From: Vitrella brassicaformis CCMP3155
Taxonomy: Eukaryota; Protista; Chromerida
NCBI GenBank assembly: GCA_001179505.1
Contig: CDMY01001057.1
Span: 1-64,000 of the forward strand
Reading direction: 5' to 3'
DNA: 64,000 bases
Position numbers and translations under genes: made by a program. Below are positions 33,959 through 43,886 of this stretch, piece by piece. How positions within the stretch are numbered: the first letter of the stretch is position 1; every line of letters starts with the position of its first letter. A model generated the notes under the pieces. It made no database searches and was not told the origin of the DNA. It saw only the letters and a list, made by a program, of their open reading frames with translations.

Positions 33959-36132
33959 TCACTCACTGACGTGACAACGGCACGCCAAACCACAGCTGGT
34001 CATCCATCCATCCGCCCCCCCTCTGACCGCCGACTTGATGGCCGTTTCCGCCCCCCCGCCCTTGATCTCGGCCGTCAGCCACTGCCACCGCATGCTGAGG
34101 TCTTGTTTGGCCGATCTGACCTCCCAAAGCCCCGGATGGCTACTGCTGGGCTGCCACAACTCCCAGACCCCGTTGATGGGGTTCCAGACCCACCCGCCGT
34201 GGATTGGCCGCCCGCCCACAGTGACCAGCTTGGCCTGGCCGGGCGTGTACGGCAGCTCGTGTGCGGGGATGAGCCTGGTGGGGTCGTTGGGGTCGACGGT
34301 CATGGGGATGAGGATGGGGGGAGGTGCTGCTGCTGTGGTGGCAGGTGGGGGTGGCGGTGTGGGCGGTGGTTGGGCCGGGAAGCCCACATGGTGTGGCGTT
34401 ATCTCGGGCAGCTGGGCTGGGGGCGGGCCCTCGTCCACGACGGCGGCATTGTCGTCCTCTATCTCATCATGACCCCCACCAGCAGTGGGGCCTTGAGTAG
34501 GTGTTGGTGACGCTTCGGCAGCGAACGAGGAGGCGGCGTTCACCTCTTCTGTCGCCTCCACATCACCCCGAGGCAGCTCGGCGGGCACCATGCTGATGCG
34601 ATGGTAGGAGGGGAGTGGGGGGGAGGGGGCTGTCGTGTCGTCCATGGCGGCCTTGGTTTCCTGGAGGACGGTGCGGGCCGCCCGGAGGTTGCTGATGACG
34701 TCAGCCATGGCGCAACGGCTGCAGGGGTCGGTGCAGATGCCCTCGGCTGAGATGGCCGCCACCTGCCCCACCCACTTGTCCACCCAGGCGAAGGCGGACT
34801 CGCCCCTGAGGCTGTAGAGTGGGCAGGCCAAGTAGCGGTCACGTTGCTCCTCGCCCCATAGATAGTGGTCCAGGCCGTCCAGCAGTGGCCGCCCCTTCTC
34901 CGTCATGGCCGCCTCAGACACGACCTCCCAGCACACCGTTGTGAAGAGGTCTTGGTCGCTGTCGTTGCCTCCGTGGATCTCGAGCTGGGGCAAGAGGGGC
35001 AGGAAGCCCCGCAGGACGCGCTGGGTGAGCTTGGCGAAGCTGTAGATGGCAGTCCGCTCTCCCAGCAGCACCCGCTCCCTCTCTCCCTTGCCCACCAGGA
35101 CGCCCCTCTCCCTCAGTCCCTCCTTCATCCCCTCCACTGCCTGCTCCAACGACACCTCCTCCTCTCCTACCGTGGGCAGCATGGACTCCTCCGATGGCCA
35201 CCTCCCGTTGACGAGCAGCTGCTCAGGCGGCCGCTGATATGGCGTGCCCGCCGGCATCATCCGCTGCGCTCGCTGCCTGCCGCGGTCGAGGGGCACCATC
35301 GCTCCCGGCCCGCCAGGAAGTCGTCGGCGGAAGAGGCTGCTCAACTTCCGCGGCCTCACAACGACGCTGTTGGCGAGGTCTATGATGCGGGTGGCTTCGG
35401 CTGCTGGGGGTGTGGGTGTGAATGGGTCGGGGGAGAGGGCTGACCATGCGATGAAGATGTTGGCTATGAAGGCATCCAGACAGAAGACACCCCTCGAGAG
35501 CGCCTCCATGTGGGCCTCAGCGGTCAGCTCGAGCGCCTTGTTGAGGACAGTGAGCTCGCCGATCAGCAGCCTCTCTGCGGCCGCTGCTCCATCGGCGTCG
35601 CGGCGCTCCAGGTAGCGGTGCACGACCTCCTTGAGCCTGAGGCGGTCGTGGTGGAGGCGGTCCTTCTGGGGCCGCAGGAGTTCTTGCAACTCCACCCACA
35701 CGCCATCTGCAGACACACAGGACAACACACCACCACACAACATGTCTGTTTGCAGTGCATTCGTGAACGTGTCGCCAACTCACCCTGCAGCAACTCCATC
35801 GCCAAGCACACGCACGGCACCCTCTCGCCCTCCTCGGTGACGAAAGTCCCCGGCCCCGACGCCAGGCACTTGAGGAAGGGAGGCCGCCCGCCGAAACGGC
35901 GCATGCGGTCGGCCTCCACCTCCATCTCGAGCTTCCTCCTCTCGCTGAAGTCCTCCCCCTCCTGCCCCTCCAGCAACGCTATTTTAAACACCGCCTCGCG
36001 TGGCGCCTCGAGGCTGAAGTATTTCGGCGGGAGGACGCCTCGGTAGACAATGGCAGTGCCGCCCTCGCCGAGTTTGGAGTCTTCGTCGAATGCGATGGGA
36101 GGGCGGCGCTCCAGGATGAGTGTGCAGGGCAT
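33959..36132 (-). CDS. Highly divergent protein kinase-like protein (2 exons) with Pro-rich linker and Trp-rich C-terminal domain
   Basis: KLGEGGTAIVYRG (Gly loop), AVFK, MEVE, CLAMELL (hinge), GVFCLDAFIANIF (catalytic-loop position), IIDLAN (DFG position), TAIYSFAKL, DPCSRCAMADV. Confidence 0.7.
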
Positions 36133-36356
36133 TTTGCGGTGCTGCTGCTGTCGGCTGCTGTTCCTTCGGGGTTGCACGGGGAATTTTGCAACTGTAAGGC
36201 GGGAAGCAATAGGCGAGATGTTTTGAAAGATCTCGCCGCGCGACTGTTTAAACCCTGCAAACCCTACCAAAGAAAACGCCTAATGGTAGCGTACGCGTGC
36301 GCAGCACAGCGATCGCGTACATACGCGCCGCGTGCGAGAGCGACCCGATCGACATC

Positions 36357-36417
36357 ACACCGTCTCCAGCTCGCATCTGCGCCTGGCAGGCAAGCGCATC
36401 CAAGTGATTTTTCGCAC
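36357..36417 (+). repeat. Left terminal direct repeat (A1) of the YR retroelement
   Basis: acaccgtctccagctcgcatctgcgcctggcaggcaagcgcatccaagtgatttttcgcac. Confidence 0.9.
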
Positions 36418-36441
36418 TTTTACACCGTCAAATGTATCACC

Positions 36442-37608
36442 ATGAGGTCCGCCATAGCCATGGTGACACTTCTGATGCTAAGGGCAGCCGCCTCGAAGAA
36501 GCGGCATGAGACGCGCCAGACCCGCCCCGCCGAGAACACCACGTTGCCGCTGCCAGTGTGCCCCGCCAACGCCTCCATCAACATCACCCACCCGCCCCCG
36601 GAGGCCGAGGAAGAAGACGACAACCAGGGGCACCCTGGCGACGAGGGAGGAGGGGCCACCGGCTCGGGAGCAGCCTTCCAGTTCATCGACTTCGCCGCCG
36701 ACATCGCCTCCTTGTACCTCATTGGGGGTGCCACAGACGGCGGAGACGGTCCGCCGGGAGGCCAAGGACCTCGAGGTCTGTCGAAGGCGGCGAGGCAGCG
36801 GATCACTGCCTTGCTCGCCGTCAAGGTCCTGAGCAGGGACTCTAGTCGGTGGGCGAGGTGGGACAAGAAAATACGCCAGACCCTGAAGGACTTCCTCGCC
36901 AACTTGCCCATCAAAAACCCGTTCAAGACACCTCTTTTTAGCCTGAAGAAACAGCACTTCGACAAGGCGAAGTGGATCGTCAACGGCGTCTCCGACCTCC
37001 TCACCAGCTTCATGAGCGGCGACCTTAGAGAGCTGATAGTTTTCGCAATGTCCCGTGAGGCGAGAGCAGCAGCTGTCACACAGCGGACCCAAGAACAACA
37101 ACAACAGCAACAACAGCAACAACAACAGCAACCCAACAACCCAGCCACGGCAGCCGGAGCCTCAGCACTCTCAGCACCGACCCAGCCAACGGGGGACGAC
37201 GCGGACAGCGCCAATCCGAGCACCGGCCAAGTCGGCGGACCACCCGCAGCCGCAGCGGCAGCCAGCCGTCCGACACAGCAACCGCCAGTCAGGACAACAG
37301 AACCCCCACCGGTCGGCTCTAACCGTGCGGCACTGCTTCAAGAAATGCAGGACAACCCGACCGCCATTGAGGCTCTGCAACAAGAACAGCTACAACGGTC
37401 GCGAGATGGCGGAAGACCACAGGACGAGTTCGTGATGGACGACAACGGCAACACGATCGGGCGATCAGACCTGACGGGACAGTGCAGGACTTACATGGTT
37501 TTGCAATCGACACAGACTACTATATGGGCAATACAAGGCCCAGGCAATGTCCACGGCGAGAGGGAGGCCCAACAGACGGGCACCACCTCCCACTCGTATA
37601 CCACATAA
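36442..37608 (+). CDS. Accessory ORF0 inside the retroelement; hydrophobic N-terminus, poly-Q, unknown function
   Basis: Uninterrupted ~388-codon ORF starting MRSAIAMVTLLMLRAAAS, located downstream of A1. Confidence 0.55.
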   Translation: MRSAIAMVTLLMLRAAASKKRHETRQTRPAENTTLPLPVCPANASINITHPPPEAEEEDDNQGHPGDEGGGATGSGAAFQFIDFAADIASLYLIGGATDGGDGPPGGQGPRGLSKAARQRITALLAVKVLSRDSSRWARWDKKIRQTLKDFLANLPIKNPFKTPLFSLKKQHFDKAKWIVNGVSDLLTSFMSGDLRELIVFAMSREARAAAVTQRTQEQQQQQQQQQQQQPNNPATAAGASALSAPTQPTGDDADSANPSTGQVGGPPAAAAAASRPTQQPPVRTTEPPPVGSNRAALLQEMQDNPTAIEALQQEQLQRSRDGGRPQDEFVMDDNGNTIGRSDLTGQCRTYMVLQSTQTTIWAIQGPGNVHGEREAQQTGTTSHSYTT

Positions 37609-37772
37609 CAATGAACAATCCCACGAGACCCTTGCTGGGGTCGCGAGACAACAGCCACACGCACGGCAACAGCCACGCATACGGCACCCCCCTTGTGGGG
37701 TTCACACACCACACGCAAGGCAACCACCTTGCCCCGGGCCTGGCCCCACCACAGACGAATGGCTCCGCCGTT

Positions 37773-38400
37773 CTACACCCAACACCGCAAGTGAGCGGGA
37801 CGGGGGAGGAGAAACAACCGAACAGACACGAACTGGTGTCTCTGACCCTACTCTCCGTCAGGGCACGGGCAAAGGTCAGATGCACCAAGACACGAGCGGT
37901 CCCGCCTTATTCTTCCCCACACTGCAAGTGAGTGGGATGGGAAAGAAGAAACAACTGAACAGACACGGACTGGTGTCTCCGACCCTACTCGCACGTCAGG
38001 GCACGGGCCAAGGTCAGGCATACCAACAAACGGGCCAAGGTCAGGTTTACCAACAAACGAGCGGTCCCGCTTAACTGTTTCCCACACCGCAAGTGAGCGG
38101 GCTGGGAAAGAAGAAACAACTGAACAGGCACAAGCTGGTGTCTCTGACCCTACTCGTACGTTAGGGCACCGACCAAGGTCAGGCACACCAACAAACGAGC
38201 GGCCCCGCCCTACTGTTTCCCACAACGTAAGTGAGCGGGATGGGAAAGAAGAAACCACTGAACAGACACGGACTGGTGTCTCTGACCCTACTCGTTCATT
38301 AGGGCACCGACCAAGGTCAGGTGCACCAACGAACGGGCGATTCCGCTCTACTATTGCCCACACCGCAAGTGAGCGAGACGGGAAAAAAAGAAACAATCGG
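37773..38400 (+). repeat. Tandem array of ~138-bp units (4 full + 1 partial) inside the retroelement
   Basis: Anchor c(t)aagtgag recurs at about 37788, 37926, 38090, 38228 and 38367. Unit 2 carries an extra ~26-bp internal duplication. Confidence 0.9.
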
Positions 38401-38432
38401 TCAGACAATGACCCACGTCTCTATCCCTGCTC

Positions 38433-39785
38433 GTGCGTCAGGGTGTCAACTCTGGCAATATGCGCGGTGAGGGAGTGAGCACGTTGCGACACGGGTTCCT
38501 GACGGCGCAGACTTCAGGCCCGAGGTATTCCAACCCGGCCGAGCACGGACCGGCCCCTTTAGCGTGGGGTGCGCCGTCGCTCACACAGCCGGGCGTTACG
38601 ATAGCCGGCGCGGGCACCTCTGCAACAATCCCCCCGGCATACGGAGTCGGCCAGGGAACTAACCCAGTCCCACTCGCACCGCTGGCACCCAGAGGGGCCC
38701 AGGCGCTAGCGGCTCACATAGGGGCCACGCCTTTTGGAACGAACACGGTGCAGGCCGTCCAACCGGTACGCAAACGGACCATCTACCATCAACGCCACTC
38801 GCTCAGTGGCTGGCTGGCTGTGTCTCTACCACAGGCGGCCGCTCCAGGCAGCGGCATGTGGTGGATACTAAGAGGCCGACAGGCAGGGCAGCCCAGCCTA
38901 ACGTCGGACCTGGACGCACTTCTGCTTACCCCGGAGGTAGCAGACAACGACCTCGTCAGAAGGGTGGTGTCCGCGCTACGAGACATCCGCCAAACCGTCT
39001 ACCAACAAGAGCAGCTACTGAACGGCAATCCACTGCCGTACTACCTCCCGGACCAGCTGCAGCAGTCCCTGGTGGCATGCCTGGCCGTCAATGAGAGGAC
39101 GCCGGCACAGAAGGACTCGGCCTCAGCCACACAGGGCGACGCCGTTATCCTCACAAACACAGACGCACAGAAGATTACCGCGACAACCGTCCTAGAGGCA
39201 CTGGAAGTGTGCGACAGCGAGTACCGCGGATCGCACTTCGAACAAGACAGGGCTCAGGCCGACCACTTTGCGGACTTCCGCTCTGCCCTCCAGGCATGCT
39301 CGGCGGCCCACTCCCACCGGCATGTGTGGGCAGGGACTGTCGTGGCCGCCATACGGCAGAAGGGAGGGCTGTACTCGGGAACCCGCTACCCAATGACCCT
39401 CGACCATAGCATGGTTAGAAGACTGGGGCAGACAGCGCTGACGCGAACGAACACACTCCCGGCGGCTGCGCCCGCAGCGAGCAACACGGCGAGACCACTC
39501 ACGAGTGCGGGCAGCCGCGCAACAGCCCGTCCGCTCAGAGCACTGGCCGCGCAAACCGCCCAGACGTCGGCCACCACAACAACCCCCAACGCGAGCGGGG
39601 TCCCGCTGGGACAGTGCGTCAACTGCATTTTGGGACACGGCAAGGCACCCAACACCGAAGAGGTGAAACACTCAGTGCGACAGTGCCAGGAGGAATGTAG
39701 GATCCAGTGCAAGTACTGCGGCCTGCATCATTTTCACCACCAGTGCCCCAAGAACCCGCACTTCGACGTCAACAAGGGTACGTAA
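38433..39785 (+). CDS. gag: Gag-like ORF with C-terminal Cys/His zinc knuckles
   Basis: CVNC..HSVRQC and CKYCGLHHFHHQC at the C-terminus; position upstream of RT. Confidence 0.7.
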   Translation: MRQGVNSGNMRGEGVSTLRHGFLTAQTSGPRYSNPAEHGPAPLAWGAPSLTQPGVTIAGAGTSATIPPAYGVGQGTNPVPLAPLAPRGAQALAAHIGATPFGTNTVQAVQPVRKRTIYHQRHSLSGWLAVSLPQAAAPGSGMWWILRGRQAGQPSLTSDLDALLLTPEVADNDLVRRVVSALRDIRQTVYQQEQLLNGNPLPYYLPDQLQQSLVACLAVNERTPAQKDSASATQGDAVILTNTDAQKITATTVLEALEVCDSEYRGSHFEQDRAQADHFADFRSALQACSAAHSHRHVWAGTVVAAIRQKGGLYSGTRYPMTLDHSMVRRLGQTALTRTNTLPAAAPAASNTARPLTSAGSRATARPLRALAAQTAQTSATTTTPNASGVPLGQCVNCILGHGKAPNTEEVKHSVRQCQEECRIQCKYCGLHHFHHQCPKNPHFDVNKGT

Positions 39786-40017
39786 GGCACACACCGGGAA
39801 CACATAGACAGGCCGAGACAAAAGGCCTAAAGAGCCCAGTTTTAGTAGTCGAGTCTGATGCGAGGGAGTTACGGTCTGCCAACATGAGAGGGGTTGCGTT
39901 GGAGGGAGAGAAGGCAGCAGACTAGCAAACGTGAAAGACAACCGATGCGAAAGCAAATGTGCGAACTCCATACCTCAAAGCACTGAGACATGTTGAATTC
40001 GTTGAATTCGCATACAA

Positions 40018-42349
40018 TTGGAGATCACACCACCCGACACTCGGCCACATACGTGTGCACGCCTCATCGTGGCAGGCTCACGGCCCCATGTCTCCTCCCA
40101 ATGTGATGTCTCTGCAGGCGTCATCATGTCTCTAGAGGTGATAGTCTCGGCACTTGGAGACAGGCTCACAAATCCGAGGGCTAGGCGGGCAATCGCGTAT
40201 CAGCTCCCACAGAGCTTCACAGAAGCCTTTGGTCATTCAACTATAACGGTACCGTCTAACAACCCGATCACGCCCTGGACCGCGGGCAGGCGACTGTCGG
40301 CCACGGGCGCCGAATCGCTCGGCTTCAACAACGCATTTTGCCAGGCCATCCACAACGGGGTGCCCCTGCTCGTATGCCGAAACATTGCATCTTACCACAG
40401 AGAGAACTACCGGTCAGTGGAGACACACCTGGACAAGGTGGCGGGAGAAAGACAGTGGCTAATCGACAAGGGATACGTGGAGGAGTGTATCTGCCGGCCC
40501 TACGTGGTGTCTCCGCTGGGCGCTATCGTTAAAACAGCCCAGCGCTATCGTTAAAACAAAGCCGACGCCTCCCGACTCCTCAGACACGCCGGCAATCAAA
40601 GTACGGTTGGTCATGGACTTCACGAAGTCCGGGGTCAACGCGGCAGTCTTCCCACCGCCCTTCGACCTTCCGAAAATACACACAGCACTCTCCCTGCTCA
40701 AACCGGGCTTTTTTCAAGCCAAAATCGACATGAAAGACGGATTCCTACACCTGCCAGTCGACCCGCGCGAGGCGGACCTTCTGGGGTTTCAGTCACCCAT
40801 CAATGTCAAGTATTACCGTTACCAATTCGTCCCGTTCGGCCTCGCAACAGCGCCCTGGCTGTTTTGTCACCTAATGGAGTACGTCAAGACAAGACTGAGC
40901 GAACGAGGCGTACACGCCGTGCTGGTGTACGTCGACGACTGGTACTTCGTTGGACAGACACACGAAGACGTGCAACACGCGTTGGACGTTGCGAGAGAGG
41001 TGTTCGCTGTCATGGGCTTAGAAGAGAGCGTGGAGAAGGCCGAAGAGCCCACCACGAAGACCGACTTCGTCGGCCTCGTTATAGACACCAGACAACGCAC
41101 CATCTCGATGAAGGAGAGCAAGAGAGACAAGCTTCTTGCGGACATAGATCAGCTGCTGGACAATCGCCGACAGGAGACTCACAAGCTGCAGCACGTACTG
41201 GCCACGGTCGGCAAGCTAACGCACTACGCCTTCCTACACCCGGCGGGACGGCACAAGTTGCGGCGGGCATGGGACATACAAGCAGCACTGGTGCAAGAAC
41301 ACTGCGTCTCGGCCACTCAAGGCAGCCGCAAAGACCAGCCAAGCGTACAGATCTCGAGAGAAGATCAAGTGTGGGGAGACATGAGGTGGTGGAGACAACT
41401 CATCAACAGAGGCCCAAGCAGACCACTCCACGTGGGGCACGACGGTCATTTCTTCCTGTGGGAACCAACGTCACACCTCACGAGTGCCCTACAAGCGGAC
41501 GTCCTCTCCCTGGACCCGCAACGGGCAGCAGCGACAGCCGAACAAGGCCTGGTCGTGTTGTTTACCGACGCCTCGGATCGCGGATGGTCAGGCACCGTGG
41601 GCAGCCGCAAATGGCAGGGCGCGTGGTCAACGTCTTCGCACGAGGACCTCCCGTCCATCAACTTCCGAGAACTGCTGGCCGTCCTTTTCTCCATTCAGCG
41701 GTTGGTTAAGACGCTGAACAAAGGCGCTCGACTGTTGGTTCGATCGGACAGCGTGTCGACAGTGGGCTGGATCAACGACAAGGAGGAAAGCTCTCCGGCG
41801 GTGCAGCGCGTACTGGCACGCATCTTCGCCCTCCTGGAGGCAGTCAACGGAGAGATAGTGGCGGTCCACATACCCGGAAAAGACAACACCGTAGCGGACG
41901 AACTCTCCCGCTTCTCACTCTTTGCCGACTCACGAGGGACACGTCTCTCAGCACCCTCTGTGGAGACGCTCGCCACTGCGGTGCGACTGCCGCGCAAGGA
42001 CCTCGAGTTCCTCCCTCAACTGCAGCTCCAACAGGCATGGCCCCATCCGGCGGAGACCGAGGGATCAGCCGTCATCCTCGCCCTCACACCAGAGGACGTC
42101 AAGGCCGCAGGCGCATGGATGCGACACGCACTTCTGTTCAGCAAAAAGCCACACCTCGCGGTCGTACCAAGCTCACTGTCCACGTTCCTTACGGAAGAGC
42201 CCGGGCATGCATGTGAGTTCAAGTTCACGTGGCCGGCCGGCAAAGCCTTCTTCGACGTCATAGCTTCAACGCCAGACTGCGAGGCAACAGAGAATTGGAG
42301 GGAGGCGACTCCAACACAAGTCGCCCTGGACGTATTCTTACAAACATAA
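40018..42349 (+). pseudogene. pol: Reverse transcriptase / RNase H ORF, frameshifted by a 22-bp insertion at 40520-40558
   Basis: SPLGAIVK..RLVMD, DMKDGFLHLPV, PFGLATAPWLF, VYVDD, FVGLVID; RNase H motifs FTDAS, INFRELLAV, VRSDS, HIPGKDNTVADELSR. Confidence 0.92.
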
Positions 42350-42530
42350 GGACACCCAGTCGACATGCCAGAGAGGTGTACGAACAGACGGGCATAAAGA
42401 CAAACGCTCTCGAAGAGCACGATGACCCAACCCCAAAAGCGCTCGAAGTGAACTATGGATTTAACCCACCACGTACAAAATGTAACGCCGAGCAAACGGC
42501 AAAGCCCGCAGTCTCAATATCACAGCCGGG

Positions 42531-43628
42531 ATGTTTCCCGAGCAGCCTCACCAGTGCGTAGTGTGCAAGGGCACCGGCTTCCTGCGCGTCAACTTGTCAA
42601 ATAGAAACGGGGCCACGGAGCACTTCAGCTCGGCCCTCCGATGCCCATGCCGTCTCGGCGCAGGAGGGCAGCAATGCGAGAAGACCGCAAGAATGGCGGA
42701 GGTCATCAACACCGCCTTTCGAGCCACGCTGCAGCCATCCACGGTGCGGGACTACGAGCGCGTCATTGAGACGTGCATGCAGGCAAGGGAGCTGTTCCCG
42801 CTGGACTCACCGGAGAAGATTATGTGCATCTTCTCCCTGTTCCTGCCGTGCCACACCACGCGCTTCCCTCGGGTCCGCGCGGCACTGAAGCTGTGGCACG
42901 AGATGCATAACTTCGCCGAACCGCCATTTGAACATGCCCTTGTCAAGAGGTTTCTTCGAGGGCTCCAGGTACACCCGGAGGTGTCGGCCACTCGACACGA
43001 GACGGACGTCTTCCCATGGAAGGCCGTCCCACCGCTGCTGAAGCTATGGTTGCTACCGCGGCCAGGACAGCAGTCACCGTCGCTGACATGCCTCCGCAAC
43101 GGAGCCATCTTCCTGCTGCAATTCTTCGCCGTGAAGCGCATTCGAGAAATCCTCGACCTCACCGCAGCAGACCTCATCTTGACAGCGGACAGCATCGTCC
43201 TCTACATACGCAAGAGCAAAACCGACCGCACGGGGAAGGGATTCCACATGCGAATCCCACCCACCAACTCGCTCTTCCCCCAGCTGTCAACAGCACTCCG
43301 AGCATACCTCGAGGTCGCCCCGCAGGAACCGACACAACATCTGTTCCAGTCAACAGATCCCACGGGCACGAGGTGGACAGGCCGGCGGCTGTGCCCCTCC
43401 TCGTTCAACTGCGCTCTCAAGAGGACGGCCGAAGCGGTAGCTGTCACAGGCAAGATTGCCTCGCACAGCCTCAGGAAAGGGGGCGCATCGTGGTATCTAC
43501 TGAAGGGCAACCCGCCTGAGCTGGTCAAGCGAGTGGGCAACTGGAAAGGCCCATCGTGGGAGATCTACGCTAAGTTCTCACTGGAAGACATGGCAGCTAT
43601 GCTGCAAGAAAACGATGATGATGAATGA
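42531..43628 (+). CDS. Tyrosine recombinase (DIRS-type) with N-terminal CxxCxGxG..CxC motif
   Basis: Catalytic residues in order: FFAVKRIRE (R), IRKSKTD (K), SHSLRKGGA (HxxR), GNW (W), EIY (Y). Confidence 0.93.
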   Translation: MFPEQPHQCVVCKGTGFLRVNLSNRNGATEHFSSALRCPCRLGAGGQQCEKTARMAEVINTAFRATLQPSTVRDYERVIETCMQARELFPLDSPEKIMCIFSLFLPCHTTRFPRVRAALKLWHEMHNFAEPPFEHALVKRFLRGLQVHPEVSATRHETDVFPWKAVPPLLKLWLLPRPGQQSPSLTCLRNGAIFLLQFFAVKRIREILDLTAADLILTADSIVLYIRKSKTDRTGKGFHMRIPPTNSLFPQLSTALRAYLEVAPQEPTQHLFQSTDPTGTRWTGRRLCPSSFNCALKRTAEAVAVTGKIASHSLRKGGASWYLLKGNPPELVKRVGNWKGPSWEIYAKFSLEDMAAMLQENDDDE

Positions 43629-43667
43629 ATACGTGCGAACACCGATTCCAACTACAGCCTCATCAGA

Positions 43668-43728
43668 ACACCGTCTCCAGCTCGCATCTGCGCTTGGCAG
43701 GCAAGCGCATCCAAGTGATTTTTCGCAC
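43668..43728 (+). repeat. Right direct repeat (A2) of the YR retroelement
   Basis: 60/61 identical to 36357-36417. Confidence 0.9.
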
Positions 43729-43886
43729 CCACCCCCCCAACCCGCCGGTCCCCCCCGGGCACGCCACGTGCACGGGCATGGGACCGGATTGGGCCCTGCC
43801 ACTTTTATGCGGTATGACAGTGGAGACACGTTGCGGCAGCGCAGCGTGCGGATCCGACAGCGGCGACGGGCAGTCGGCGCAACCCC

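Larger units (their letters stand above)
36357..43728 (+). mobile_element. Tyrosine-recombinase retrotransposon (DIRS/Ngaro/PAT class) bounded by 61-bp direct repeats
   Basis: Intron-free and microsatellite-poor 7.4-kb block with gag-like, RT/RNase H and YR ORFs. Direct repeats at 36357-36417 and 43668-43728 differ at one base. Confidence 0.92.

Noticed and set aside
37773-38400. CRISPR-like array
   Set aside because: Units are ~138-bp whole-unit tandem repeats with no unique spacers, there are no cas genes, and the context is eukaryotic.
36417-43668. Classical LTR (Ty3/Copia) retrotransposon
   Set aside because: There is no DDE integrase, protease, TG..CA termini, PBS or target-site duplication, and a tyrosine recombinase is present.
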